Below, piece after piece: positions 26,630 to 47,781 of a stretch of 64,000 nt of DNA; the stretch's first letter is position 1; every line of letters begins with the position of its first letter. The notes under the pieces are model-generated. The model ran no database searches, was not told the origin of the DNA, and worked only from the letters and a program-made list of their open reading frames with translations. The DNA comes from the human T2T-CHM13v2.0 reference genome, Homo sapiens, in the NCBI RefSeq assembly GCF_009914755.1, contig NC_060926.1; one strand, given 5' to 3'. The translations under genes were made by a program, and so were the position numbers.

Positions 26630-26888
26630 GGCCAGGCACAGTGGCTCACACCTGTTTTCCCAGCACTTTGGGAAACCTGAGGCAGGAGAATCACTTGTTG
26701 CCAGGGGTTCCAGAACAGCCCAGGCAACCCATAGCAAAACCCTGTCTCTACAAATATTTAAAAACTAGCTGGCTTGGGAGTCTGAGTCAGGAGGATCCCT
26801 TGATCCCATGAGCAAGGGGTTGCTATGATTGCACCACTGCATTCCATCCTGGGTGACAGAGTGAGACTCCATCAATAAGCAAACAAAC
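26630..26888 (+). mobile_element. Degenerate AluJ
   Basis: GGCCAGGCACAGTGGCTCAC start, internal deletions, ends GTGACAGAGTGAGACTCC. Confidence 0.85.
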
Positions 26889-27304
26889 ATTATTTTCTAT
26901 AAGTGTGCAAGGTCATTAAAAAGAGATATCAATACCTAAAACAGTCACTATTTCAGAGTCTTTGTTAAAACAATTTATTCTAACATAATTACAATAGAAA
27001 ATCAGTGAGAAATTCTTAAAATAATTTTTTCATTTTATAATTTTCCAAAATGAACACAACCTATTGTCATTTCTAAAACACCATGTTAAAACAACTTAGA
27101 ATGAAGATTTAAACTGAATATTTTCATGCTTATGAGGCAGACTATAATCCAAAGATACAAATTCGTGTAAGCATCCTCTCAAATAAATGACATAGAACAT
27201 AATTTTAAGAGTTTTTAAGAATTTACAAAAATTTGTTGCAAAATTACAGGTCTTTGAGAGAATGTCACATCCATTTGTAAAACTAAGAAATACCTTGTTA
27301 TTAT

Positions 27305-33737
<6,433 letters not shown>

Positions 33738-33899
33738 GGTAAGTTTAACTAAATACATGCAAAAATCAGGATCATTTAATGTATCATGAATTAACCATAA
33801 ACAGTAGAAGGATCCAAGTTGACAAGTATTTGTGGATGAAACTCATGACTTATTCTTCACTTAGATTCAAGTAAGTGACTACTCTGGTGATAGTTATTT

Positions 33900-34668
<769 letters not shown>

Positions 34669-34972
34669 GTTACATTATAGGTCTTTTAAACATTGTTTAA
34701 AAATGGTTGGATAATATATGATTGTGGAGTTTTTCTCTATTCTTCCCTGACAAGCATATTTCCATATTTCAAAGTCAGGTCTTTGATTTTTTTCTATTTG
34801 TAGTTAGTAGTATGAATGCATATAATATTATGTAATCAAGAAACTTCAGTAAATCATAATGTCTTAGTTTTAATTCATCTGTCTTGATCTTCAGCACATA
34901 GTCACCTTAAAGATTGAATTAATCAGAAGAAGAAGTTTATTTGTTTGTTTGTTTTTTAAAAAAAGACATATT

Positions 34973-35344
<372 letters not shown>

Positions 35345-38300
35345 TCATATTTTCTGCTGTTGGGTGATATAGATTATGTGAAGAATGTATACAGTTTTTA
35401 AATAAAATGAACTTAACTCTGGTTGCCCAGTTTAGAATAGATGCAGTGTTTAAGTTAATTTGGAACAGAACAGGAAGGTGAAAGTTCATCCTTCTTCTTT
35501 GAAGCTTCCAGTTGCTGTCCATAGGTATTAGAGAATGAGGCCACTAAAAAGCCTCCCTAAAGAATCCTTTCAGCCTCCTGTATGTTCTCACCATTAATAA
35601 GGGGGTTGACTTTTCTATTAATTAATCTATTAATCTAATTATTCTATTCATGTCTTTTAGACTCCAAATGGTAAAGCATCTGATCATTACAGTAGATTAC
35701 TTAATGATTTCCTGTGTTTTCAATGCACACTTATGATCTTCCCCCAAACCACACTCACTGATATAATCAGGTTGAGTTTACCTAATTCTCAATAAATACT
35801 GTTTCTATCATTTATTTAGGCCCCAGACTTTTGACAAAGACTATTCAAACATGAGCTGAACTGTATCAAAAATAGGAAGCACCATCACCATATACAAGTT
35901 GTACTTCCTTGGGATGCATTGATTTAATCTATTGCATAATTGGAGGCATGGAGAAAACCATGAAGAAAAATGCTAAGGGACCATGAACCTACATGTGCAT
36001 CAATGATTAAATAGGACATAAATAATTAAAGATGCTATAGTTTTCAGCATATGTGAGTGTCATTCACTCCACTAATCAGAGCCTCTGGTTTTTCATTTAA
36101 TGACCAATCTGTCCTCTACTTTTTAGTTCTGCATAATATCAGGCATTCAAAAGCATGGCTTACATTTTGGCTTCCACTACATAAAATCATTTCATTAGAT
36201 GCTAGAATTTATCTTTGCTCCTTAAACCCAGACATGTGGGACTAGGGGATTAATTTATCTCTAATCTCAGAGCAGCAAGCAGTACTTCTTCTCAGGCAGT
36301 TACCTCTGTCAGCCCATTCTGACTCCCCATTCCCCACCCTCTCCTCTCATCAGTGTTTCTGAGGTAACTTCTGTCAAGCATGATGTATTTCTGTAAAAGC
36401 ATTTAACAGGACAGAAGTTATTAGAATCTTGAAAATGATTACTGAAAAATATATGTCTACCAAACTCTCAAAAATATATAGAAAAATTAAAATGCAGCTT
36501 AATATTAGTATAGAGAAAAATAAAAAATAAGGATTATTCTCATAGGAAGAGTTTTAGAGATCTTTGAAGAAATAAAATATTTCTCCTTTGCCTGAAAAAA
36601 TGGCAAATAGTTTTTTATAGAGCTGAAATGTACAGTTTGATAAAAGTGATCATTTTTGGTTAGAGAATGTATTATACAGAATAATAATTTTCTTTTCAGC
36701 ATGGCATATGAGAACTTAACATTTGATGACAAAAGTTCAGCTGGAAACCTTGGCTCAGCAACTTTCTCATTGTATAAACTCAAATGACTTATTTTAACTC
36801 ATTAATCCTTAGTTTTCATATCTGTAAAATAAGGAGATTAATACACCACCTAATTTTTCTGAAGACAAATAATGCAACACCTGAAGGAGAAGAGGCATTT
36901 AAGAGGCAGCACCTAATGAAATATAAAAAGTAGCACCAAGGTAGCACTACATGAATATTCCTTCTATTTTCGTTCCTCTGTTATCTCTGTAACCCACTAT
37001 ATGTCCTTCAGAGAAAATATTTTATCTCAGTGGACTTCTGTTTTCTCATCTATAAAGGAAGAGACTAACACTCTATGGTTTCTAAAAGTGGAAAGAAGCT
37101 TTGGGCAAAGAAGATTTTATACATCTGACAACACCTTCGTCTTGCAGCCTGCAGAGGTCCCACTGAGAAGAGCCCTCACTGAGTAATCTTTTAACATAAG
37201 TTACAATCCCATTTTGAGATGATGAGACAAAGAGCTGCAGTTTGTTCAATTATAGTTTTCAAAGCTTTATTAAAACCATAGACAGAGAGAGGACATCAAG
37301 AATACCGCGAGGATGGGCCATAATGTTTTATTTCATTTTATGCAGCTTTTTCTTTGTGGTGTAATTTGTTTTTAAAAATAATGTTAGTGTTCTTTTCACC
37401 CACTTACATGTTTGCTATTTTACTGCTTCCTGTCCAGTGTTTTATTTTAGTTAGAAAAAGAAATAGCTGGCAAAACTCCCAACTAAACATATTTGCATGG
37501 CCTTTAAGACTTTCAGAGGAAACTGCCATCTCTTCCCATTTGTTTGTGGTAGTGATATGTGCAGTCACAATATGACACTGTTAAAAAAAAAAAGCCAGTA
37601 ACCATACAAGGATGTTAAGCAATATTGACTTGCCTTCCACTGGGAAAACTGCTGTCAGCTCATGGATTGGCATTCTTTGACATTTTACTCAGTAGACTAG
37701 TGAGGGTTTTTGCCCTTGTGTTATAAGAATATTGATACTAGCTCTACTGCCCCTGTTAGGAGCCCGATTCTTTTACCCAGCCTATCTTTCTTAGATGTTT
37801 ATTCAACATTTCTAGTCACTGGTTGAATTAATTTAACAAATACCGTAAGTGACTATTTTTTTCCTTTCCCTGTCCTCCTATGACTGATTTTCATACTCTA
37901 TCAGGTTCTTTTCAAAAATCTTCTCACAAGCAGAATAATTGTAGAAGATGCCTTCCTACATGAGCTTATCTGATGTTTTTTCATGGTTACAGATTTTTGG
38001 CAGGAATACCACAGGAGTGATGCTGTTTTGCCCTTCGCAGTACATCATATCTGGAAATACAGTAAATCAATAAGTCTGATTACTGGTGATACTGTGTGAT
38101 CACTTAGGTGAGGTAATTTCTTCCAGGTTTTCCACAGTAAATGGAAGTTTATCCACCAGGAATGTTGTGGAAAATATTCCTGTGTTAACTTCTTGCAGGA
38201 TGAGCTTTGGTTTGCTGGTGGACTTCCCGTGATTAGACTTAGAGACTGTCTTTGAAGTGTCATCTCCATGGCTCTTGGTGGATCCAAAGGCCCCAGTTAA

Positions 38301-40084
38301 AGACCAAAATTTTCCCTATTTATTCATCCTTCTAAAGGTAATGTTTTCTTTATTTCTCCCTTTAGTTTATTCTGCTTGTGAGAAGATTCTCGAAAAGAAA
38401 ATGATAGAGTATGAAAATCAGTCATAGGATGACAGGGAAGGGAAAAAATATTCACTTATGGTATTTGTTAAATTAATTCAGCCAGTGAATAGAAATATTG
38501 AAGGAACATATTTATCTTATTTATCTTTTAAAACATATTTATCTTTGGAAAGACTGAGAAATTACCATGGGTCGGAAAAAACTAAAGTGGCATGAAAACT
38601 AAATGGAATGTGGAAACTTCCACCAAATCCTGGGCCAGAAAAGAGGACATCAATGGGAAAGGTGGTAAAAGTCAAATAAGGTTTAATTATTTCCTGCTTT
38701 TAAAATTGTACTATGGTTAAATAAGATATTAAGATTAGGGAACATTTATTCCTTTTGTGGGGAAATGATCCTCTGAGGACCATCTTTCTTAATTCCATGT
38801 GTTCCCCTGTCTGGTCTCCCTCATCTAAACCGGTCTCAGGGTTGATATAGCAAAGCTTTCTTTAATGGAGTTGCCCCTTTTTATTCCTCTGACTAAGTCC
38901 TTTCTCTGAACTTAGAAGTATGTAATCTTTTGTCAACTCTGAAATTCAAAATACTTAACGTAATGTGCAGGGCAGGTACTGACAGTTTGGAGTGGAGGTG
39001 GCTGTAAACAACAGGTACAGCCATCCATCCACTCTCTTCCTGGAGATCAAGCAAACTGCAGGCACCTAACCATGCCCTTGTTTATGATACATAATACAGT
39101 GTATTATGTATTTCATAATACATGGCACATAATACTCACTGTATTATATATGGGAAACAAATGGTTAACACATTTTCCTACGTGGAAAGATATTTCTTTA
39201 TGTTTAATGTGTAGTGGTGAGTGAATGTTATAACTTCCAAACACCTGAAACAAATTCAAGCTCCATTAATGTTTCTCATCTACACCAACTACCAAATATG
39301 ATGATTTATGGTACTTAATAGTGTACTAACTTGTTTTATGCGAATGTAAGTCATTTATTGGATGACATGAGACAAATTACTCTAAGGCATGGTAATGCAA
39401 CGTAATGCATGCAGTGCTCTTTTTGCCCCATTTGTGGAACACTGTCAGGAACATACATTTAAATTAATCAACATGTTCTGATTTCAATGTCGATTAGATG
39501 TCAGATTTCTTTGTTATTAATGATACAACAATATAAAAATATTTCCATTTCTGATCACAATGATTTTATGACTTAAAATCTAATCCTTTTTCCATTTTAC
39601 CTTTATTTTGAATGTTAGAAGCAATTTTTCCCTCATGTCTTGAAATATGTTCATTTGAAGTTCTCATTGAAAAGAAATTTCAAGTTATAAAAACAAGAAA
39701 TAAAAACAAGAAATATAAACAAAAACCAGGAGCTCCACAGAGAAATTTTCTTTCTTTTTAATATATATGCAATGTGTGCATGGAAGCAGACACAGACACA
39801 CATACCTACTGCACATATATCATTTAAAATTTCACATTTAAAGATAAAATCAAGAGGTTGCAGGTCATATGCACCAATGTCTCAAAAAATACTTATTTAT
39901 CCAGCACCAGCAATTTTGTTTTCACCAACATATGTTTCAGGTCTGCCCTTTAGTTTATAGCTGTAGCCTTTTTTATAGGGCCCACAAATTTTTGAGTTTA
40001 CCGTTGAATGCCTCGCCTCATGCTAACATTCGTCTGCCCTCAGGTGACTAGAGGAAGAGGCACTGTGCTACCACTAATAGCTAG

Positions 40085-40320
40085 CAAGTGGTAATGACTG
40101 AACACTGCGTATCTACCAGGTACTGAGCTGAAGGCCTCATGAGCGCTGCCCTCATTTAATAGTCACAATCATCATAGAAGGCAAGAACTATAATTATTCC
40201 CATTTAACAGCTATGATGTGGAGAAGTTAATTTGCCCAAGAGTACACCATTGGTAAGTAATAGAGCAGGGATTGGAATTCAAGTTGATCTCAGTCCAGAA
40301 GCCACAATATTAAAATACTG
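40085..40320 (-). mobile_element. MIR
   Basis: CTCATTTAAT...ATTATTCCCATTTAACAG...TTTGCCCAAG core. Confidence 0.65.
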
Positions 40321-40452
40321 CTCTCTAGATGATCTCTGAATTTATGATGTCTGTTTCAAACAGAATCTCACAGCTGTGTTTCTGATATAAATGGATCCTG
40401 GACAGTGCCAGAAATCAAAGCAATTCTTAAACATTGAGTGTCCCCCAAACTA

Positions 40453-40613
40453 CCACATACTCTTATTCTAAGATACACATGTTTTCATGTGTTAACATCT
40501 TTGAAACTGATATGCTTCTCATAGTCAGTGCCATTTCATAGTTTGTCAGGATTTTCCCCTTTTCTTACAGGTACATAAAATACTAAAGTTGTTTTACTTT
40601 TGATAAAATATGG
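40453..40613. mobile_element. MER104-like Tc2 MITE
   Basis: ATTCTAAGATACACAT...TTAACATCTTTGAAA...GGTACATAAAATA resembles recalled MER104. Confidence 0.55.
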
Positions 40614-42651
40614 CAAGAAATATAAATGTTTTGAATCATGTAAGAAAAATTATTGAACATTCACTGTGTTCCAGGAATGTACTAAACACTTTACTGACAT
40701 TTTCTCTTTTAATTGTCATAACTAACCTGTGAGTTAAACTATGTAAACATCACCATATACAAATGAGAAAATATAGGCTGGGTGAACTGTTTTTGTCTTA
40801 GTTCCCACTGTCAGTTGGTGGTTGAAAAAGAAATCTAACCCAGTCAGGTGGAGTCCAGAGGCCTTACTCTTGGAGTAAGCTAGTTTTTGTATTTTGCCTA
40901 TTTTGCTAACAGAGTTTAGAATAGCTAAATTGGTCTAATCTAATAAACAAGTAACTTTATGCAAAATAATTTTTACACTAACAAGAAGTTTATTTTTCTT
41001 TAAAAATCCCTCTTTTTCTCTTTCTTTCCTTTCAAATATCTCTGAATGTCTTTCTTTGGGCTCAAGTTGCACCACATGCATCTCTGCTTTCACCCCAATC
41101 CCTGAAAGAAAAAAAATTAAATAGCATGCTTTCTCTCCATATCGAATCAACCACTGTTGACTGCTTCAACTCACTTGAGTATATACCCAAGTGTGATTGC
41201 TGAATTGTATGGTAAGAGTATGTTTAGTTTGTAAGAAATTGCCAAACTGTTGTCCAAAGTCGTTGTACTCTTTTTCATTCCCCCCAGTAACAAATGAGAA
41301 TTCTTATGGCTTCATATCCTTGCTATCATTTGGTGTTCTCAGTATTTCAAATTCCATTTCAAATGATTACTTAAGCATGGATGACTTCTATCTCATCTAC
41401 ATGGCAATCATTTGTCCCTCTGCTGGGAACATCCCTAGTTTACATACATCGCTCCATCATAATTATTAAAAATACCCCTTTCATTCTCCAAAGTGTCTGG
41501 ATGATAAATTATTTCATCACCCAGCTTGAATATCCACTTGAATTATAAAGGAAAAATCACATTTCATTTTTTTCTTTCCCTCCTGGTTTTTAACAGAGTG
41601 CTAAGCATAGGGTATATAATCTTTCAGCACTTCAGGAATGGATGAATGGAAAATGCTTGTTGAAATGAGCTGGCTCCTTTCAGTGTCTACTCTTAGGTTA
41701 TGTGCATTAGCATTGCATTATTTGTGCTGGGCTTCAAGGTCACCTAATTCTTCAGCCCACTCTGCCTAGAGCTGTACTCCTGCTCATCTGACAGCAGATC
41801 TTTGACAACTTGATGTTGATTGTCCCTTGCATATGGTCAGTGCAGGGTGAGTGATCTTTTCAGAGGCTTGTGCCAGCTCCTCTGGCTTGCACACCTGTCT
41901 TACCACTCTATATGCCTTACAGATGACATGGGTGAAAATGTGCAAGAAACAGATATGAAGGAATTAATGCTTCTTTCATTGGCCTTTTTTGAAAGTCTGA
42001 GACTGGATATTTTTTGAAAGTCTGAGACTAGATACTATTTTGGTAACAAGCTATGTCTGTTAGCCTTCCAAAGGACAAACTGTCTTCTTGATTCCAGTTT
42101 CCTTAGTGCATTCTTAGACCACGGCTTGAATATGCAGCTAGCTTCAGAAGCACCTTTCCTTCCCTGTTGCATTGACCCTCTGGGTAGAAGCTACCTCACG
42201 AACTGCACATCTACACTCAGGCCACAGGCCACTGCCCTCTGTAATGTGCTGAGATTTGTTGTTGTTTGACCTGTTTGTCCTACTGTAGAAAATGTTACAT
42301 AATAATCAATGATAGCCCATTTCTTTTAAAATTATGAAGTGTTTCAGCCATAAAATATAAAATATGCATCTTTTTTGCAGCAGTGCCTCAAAGGTACAAC
42401 AATGAGCATATTGTGACTCTCCAGTATTGAGGTCCTTTATGTACGAACTACTTATGAAGTTAAAAGATTTTTTTTTTGGCTAGCAAAATGGCTTGTGCTA
42501 ATGTCCAGATTCTTCTTTTGCATAATATTTGACCCACATAACATAAGAGGTAATAAACTCAGCAGACTCAGAATTCAGAACAAATAATATATACTGCTGC
42601 ATACACATACATATATACACACAACATTAAAAGTAAGCAAGCTAGAAATCC

Positions 42652-42724
42652 TGCAGCAAGCCGAGATCACACCACTGCACTCCAGCCTGGGCAACAGAGC
42701 GAGACTCCATCTCAAAAGAAAAAA
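42652..42724 (+). mobile_element. Severely 5'-truncated Alu with long TSD
   Basis: Only the last ~60 nt of the right arm plus A tail; flanking direct repeat AAAAGTAAGCAA(G/A)CTAGAAATCC at 42629-42651 and 42725-42747. Confidence 0.88.
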
Positions 42725-45513
42725 AAAAGTAAGCAAACTAGAAATCCAGTTATTTTCTTTCTTCTTTTCTTTCCTTCCTTTTTTTTTTTTTTTAAAGAAA
42801 GGTAACCAGGGGTGATAGCATATTGCAGATTTTACTTAGTGTAATGATTTCTAGTACTCAGAGTGAAACTTTCATAGACATGCTGAATTATCCTATCTTC
42901 TTTATTATTCTTCATCACTGGATAAAAACAAGGTTTGATCCTCAAGGGTATTCAGCATCTGAGTTGCTTTTCTACTAAAATTAAAAAAAAAAGTGTAAGT
43001 GGCATTCCTATCATCTCAAAGAGAGTGAGAAATAAAGAATGAACTACTAAGAAGCACAAATCCTCTTTTCTTGTGATGCTATTGATAATAACTTAGGAGT
43101 GGTAGCTAAAGTACAGATGCTGTATAAGCAAAAATAAATCTGTACTAAATAGCTTTCATGTTTGAACGGTAAAAGTAACTGTAAAGTTACAATGAGTGTA
43201 CTATAAACATTGCCATAGCAATGTGTTTTGCCTCGAGTTCTCACTGGAATTATTTGGTATATTGCTCAAAAGAGCCTGAATAGAATATATCTAATGAAAT
43301 ATTTTCCATTCATTATTCTCTACTGAGTGATGCTTTACCAAATGTAGAAATTCAAAACTATAAATTATTCCAAAAAATTATTCCAATTTCAGTATGGACA
43401 TTACTAGTAAGTCCTCCTAGTATGAAATGATACTTTTAACAAGCAAATTTATTTCCAAAATAGATAGCCATTAAAAACAAGAGACTATCCAGTTTCCATA
43501 AAGATATGACCATTAAAGTGACTGAAGTAGAAAGATAAGAATCTTAAAGAAGAGAACTGCCTTCAGATATGATAAAATCAAACTCCCTCCAAAGTTTGGA
43601 AACCATGTTACATCCCAGACAGATGGTAGCCGAACTTCCCCTTAAATACTTGCAGTTTCAAGGAGTTCACACTTTTGCAAAGCAGTTTTTTTCTACTGTC
43701 AGTTTGCTCTCTTTCACTGAAGGTTAATCTTCATGTTGAGTAAAGTGTATCTCCTGGGAGCATCTACATTTCCAGTAAAGTTTTGGCCTTTAAAGCAACA
43801 CAGGATATCTTCCATTTGTCACTATGGAAAATGACAGGCTATGTCTAACCTTGAGGGCTCAGACACAGCTTAGCAGTAGGAGGTGAGGTTGGAATACTCC
43901 TGAGTGATTTAAGAAGAGTCAGGGCCAAGCTTATATGTGACAAGGACATGATATGGCTCAGCAGGTTCAGACTAAGCAAAGACAGATATGCCCTGAAAAA
44001 AAATAAGCTGGACACTAATTAAGGAGTCTGAACTGAGTAGGTCAGTGGATATAGTTGAGTATCTTCCTTTGGAGATGTTTCAGAAATCTTTTTTTGTGTG
44101 TGGGCTCATCGGGAATACATTAGGAGATCCACTTGGGAGTTCCTGCAACTATAACAGAGACAGAAAACATTGACTGGTTTTCTTCCAAGTGTTGAAAGAA
44201 ATACCTGGGTTAGGAAGTCTGAGGATTTAACAAGTGTGGGTTCCATCAGGCATGCTTTGCTGTCTTTCTTGAGTGCAGTTCATACTCTTCAGAATTGTTA
44301 GCACTCTGTGATACTGAGACAATGTGTCCCTTTTGAGGTTTTGCCTTTTCTGGTTAGGCTTCAAACCAAGGACATGGATCAGCTTTATTTGCATAAACTG
44401 ATAACAAGTGTATCATTTTTTTCTTTTATAACTGCTAATTTTTTTTGAATTTTTTTCTTTATAACTTATGACAAATATATGTATATTTATTCTTTTTTTT
44501 TGAACTGATAATTATGCTTGCACAGTCTCTTCCTCCCATGACAATGATCTCTTCTGTCATTACAAACAGGTTGAAGACTAGAATTGAATGAGAAGAGGTT
44601 TCTTAAGTACTTCTGCCTCCTAGAACCATATTTTATAGGATGGCAAATAACAGAACATACCTTTTCCTCCAAACTGTCTCTCAGCACTTAGTTCTATGAC
44701 ATGTTGAGTCTCATAGCCCTCTTTCACCTTAATTGTGATTTATGTTGCCAAGTTTAAGAGTAATGGGAGAATAAGAACGCTGTTAAATTTAAATGAACCA
44801 TTTAAATTCAGAAATTATTAAGGGTTCCATAGAACTACCATTTAAATGTTAATTTCTTTAACGCAAAAGCAAGAAAAGAGTTTGTATTTTGTCTCTTAAC
44901 CAGAAAATGAATCCTTTTTATTATTAAGAATTGCTACAGTTTTCAGAGGGTAAGCTTTTTTCTCCTCTTTCTTACCCCTGAATACCTTGTGGTAGGCCTG
45001 CCCTACCAACATGTGTTTTTCTCTGTGTTAAAAGTATTTCAGGCTATGCATTCACAAATAATAGGTAGTAGCTATATTTATCAAAAGTCATGTCAACTAT
45101 GCAGTTAGACAGCTGTCAACCTACAATCAGTATTGTTCAGTGAAACATCTTAGGGAGGTCTAATATTAGTCATTTAGCTCTTAGTATAAAAGGCATATGA
45201 AGTTTTCATTGAGCCATTTAATTCAGTTTCTAAGTTTGCATTTCACATTATCAGATCATAAATTCTTCAAGCCCCTGTAATTACTGAATGACTGATGCAT
45301 TCAGAGATATTATATTTCTAGTGCTAGGTATGTTCCAGGAATTGTGATAAAAAATGACACCAGGTTTGTATTGCTTTTTAGTTTATAGCACGTTTAATTT
45401 CTCATCTATTATGATATAATAGTTGCTTCAAACAGCATAATCGGCTCAACTCACTTGCTGCAAATGGCTATCTTTAAATAAATGCATATTCCAATGTTCA
45501 TTCTGAAAATATT

Positions 45514-45547
45514 TGTGTGTGTGTGTATGTATGTGTGTGTGTATGTG

Positions 45548-45591
<44 letters not shown>

Positions 45592-45597
45592 TATATA
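45514..45597. repeat. (TG)n/(TA)n microsatellite
   Basis: Directly visible. Confidence 0.95.
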
Positions 45598-45733
45598 AAA
45601 TTTCTCTCCTCCAACTATTCTCATAAGGAAAGATTATATCACAATTTATCTTAGTGTTCCCACTCCTAATCAGGGTGATAGGCACAGGGGCAAGTGTGCA
45701 ATGAATATTTGTTCAATAAATAAATCCTTTTTT

Positions 45734-46038
45734 GGCAGAGTGTGGTGGCTTACCCCTCTAATCCCAACCTAAGCACTTCGGGAGGCCTAGGCAGGAGGAT
45801 CACTTGAGGCCAGGAGTTCTAGTCCAGTTTGGGCAAAACAGGAAGACCCCATCTCTACAAAATAAAAATTTAAAAAATAGCCAGTCATAGTAGGGTGTGC
45901 TTGTAGTCCCATCTACTTGAGAGGTTGAGGCTGTAAGATTGCTTGAGCCCAGGAGTTTGAGGCTATAGTAAGCTACAATGGTGCTACTGTACTGCAGCCT
46001 CAGCGACAGAGTGAGACCCTATCTCAAAAAGAAAAAAA
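45734..46038 (+). mobile_element. AluJ
   Basis: GGAGGATCACTTGAGGCCAGGAGTT and TTGCTTGAGCCCAGGAGTTTGAGGCT J-type diagnostics. Confidence 0.88.
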
Positions 46039-47221
46039 TCAGTTTTGTATCAACCCTGCACCTTTGACAATCAGGTATATAGGATTTAGAAGAATCTTGC
46101 TTGAGGTTATTTGGTTTTCTATACTATTCTTTCTTATCCAACTATGTTTGGAGTTATATATTTACTCATTTCATGTTGAAACAACTCCTCTCACATTTCT
46201 TTTAAAAATGTTTTCCTGTCCTACCTACCCTCCTTCATTATTGTGCCAACTGTAAACAATCTATCATTATTGAAATATGACCAAAACAATATTCTGTACC
46301 TCCATTTCCACCTAAAATGTAGATAGCTACTGGTCTTGATTTAAAATAGTGACCATTACAATTTCCAGCCGCCTATCATTTCACTGTTGCCATTAAAAAG
46401 AATCCTTTGCAACTCATGCTTATTCTATTGTGTCATTCAAAAGAAACGAGAGGTCATCCTCAATAATCTCTGCCTTTATAACAAATATCCAGATCAATCT
46501 GCCTTACATAACCCAATCTGCTTAGTGGTTATTCTTGATCTCCCAGATTGACATTAACACTAGTGTCCTATTTGACAGATTTGAGTCACTTTTTCAAGTG
46601 GCATCACTTTCTGTTCATGCTTGGTGCAGAATTGTTCCCTGACATGAGTGTTCTTGAATGATTACTTCCTACAAAGAAATACAATTTCATTGTTTAAGAA
46701 TTTACACAGTGAACAGACTAGAGAGCAGAGGAAACATCAGCCCCGAACAATGTTTTTCATGCTTAGAACACAGCCCCAGAATCTACAAATAAATAAACCA
46801 GCAGCTGTCCACTGACCCAGCAGGCACAGTGCATCAGTCATAATACAGTCAGCAATAGCTCAAGACCCTGAGAACTTTGCTTATTTTAAATAGTCAACTC
46901 TCAGTTATTCCTGGGAATGGGAGGCAAAGGTGAGCATGGCTCATTGAGCTGAGAATATACTTTTAAAACACTCATGCTCAACATTAATTTGAAATGCTTT
47001 CCTATATAATATTATTTTTCTGGGGCTATTTTCAAGTAGGAAAACTAGCTAGTATTTTAGTTTTTCTCTGTGTTCCAGTTTACTGGTATAGATTTTCATT
47101 CTAGGGCTTACAATTAACAATTAAAGAAATAGACAAAGTCAAAATACCAGGGAAAGACAATGGGAACGGAAGAGTAAAATGAGCACCACCTTAGGTTCAT
47201 CAGGCCAACTTCCAACTTAAA

Positions 47222-47781
47222 TGATGGTAATTGTTTCCTATTGCTGCTGTAACAAAATAAATCAAACCTAGTGGCTTAAACAATACAAATTTATTATCTT
47301 ACGCTTCCTGGAGGTCCAAAGTCCTACATGAATCTCACTGAAATAAAATCAAAGTGTTGGCAAGTCTGCATTTTTTTCTGGAGGCTCTAAGACTGTTAAA
47401 ATTCTCTAAGGGAGATTCTTTTTCTTCATGTTTGCCAACCTTTAGAGGCCACCTAAAATCTCTGGCCCACAGCCCCCTTCTTCCATCTTCAAAGCCAGCA
47501 ATAATGTGTTGAGTTCTTCTCACATAACATGACTCTGACCCCCGCTTCTACTTCCCTCTTCCATTTTTATTATCTTTGTTTATTACAGTGGGACAACCAA
47601 GATCATCTCAGCTAAACCCTTTATTGTAGAGTCATCTGATTAGCAACCTTAATTCCATCTGCAACCTTGATTTCCCTTTGCCATGTGTGGCCACATATTC
47701 ATAAGTTCCAAGGAATAGGACATGGGCATCCTTGGTGGGGATGTGTGTGTGGGGGGATGGAGGCTCATTATGCCTACCACA
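47222..47781 (-). mobile_element. MLT1 (C-E-like) LTR
   Basis: GTTTCCTATTGCTGCTGTAACAAA...AGTGGCTTAAACAA start; ATTATGCCTACCACA end. Confidence 0.8.

Noticed and set aside
46371-46380. GCCTATCATT matching the 5' flank of the second L1 as a displaced TSD
   Set aside because: Only 10 nt, 9 kb from the L1 tail and with no adjacent poly(T); likely chance.
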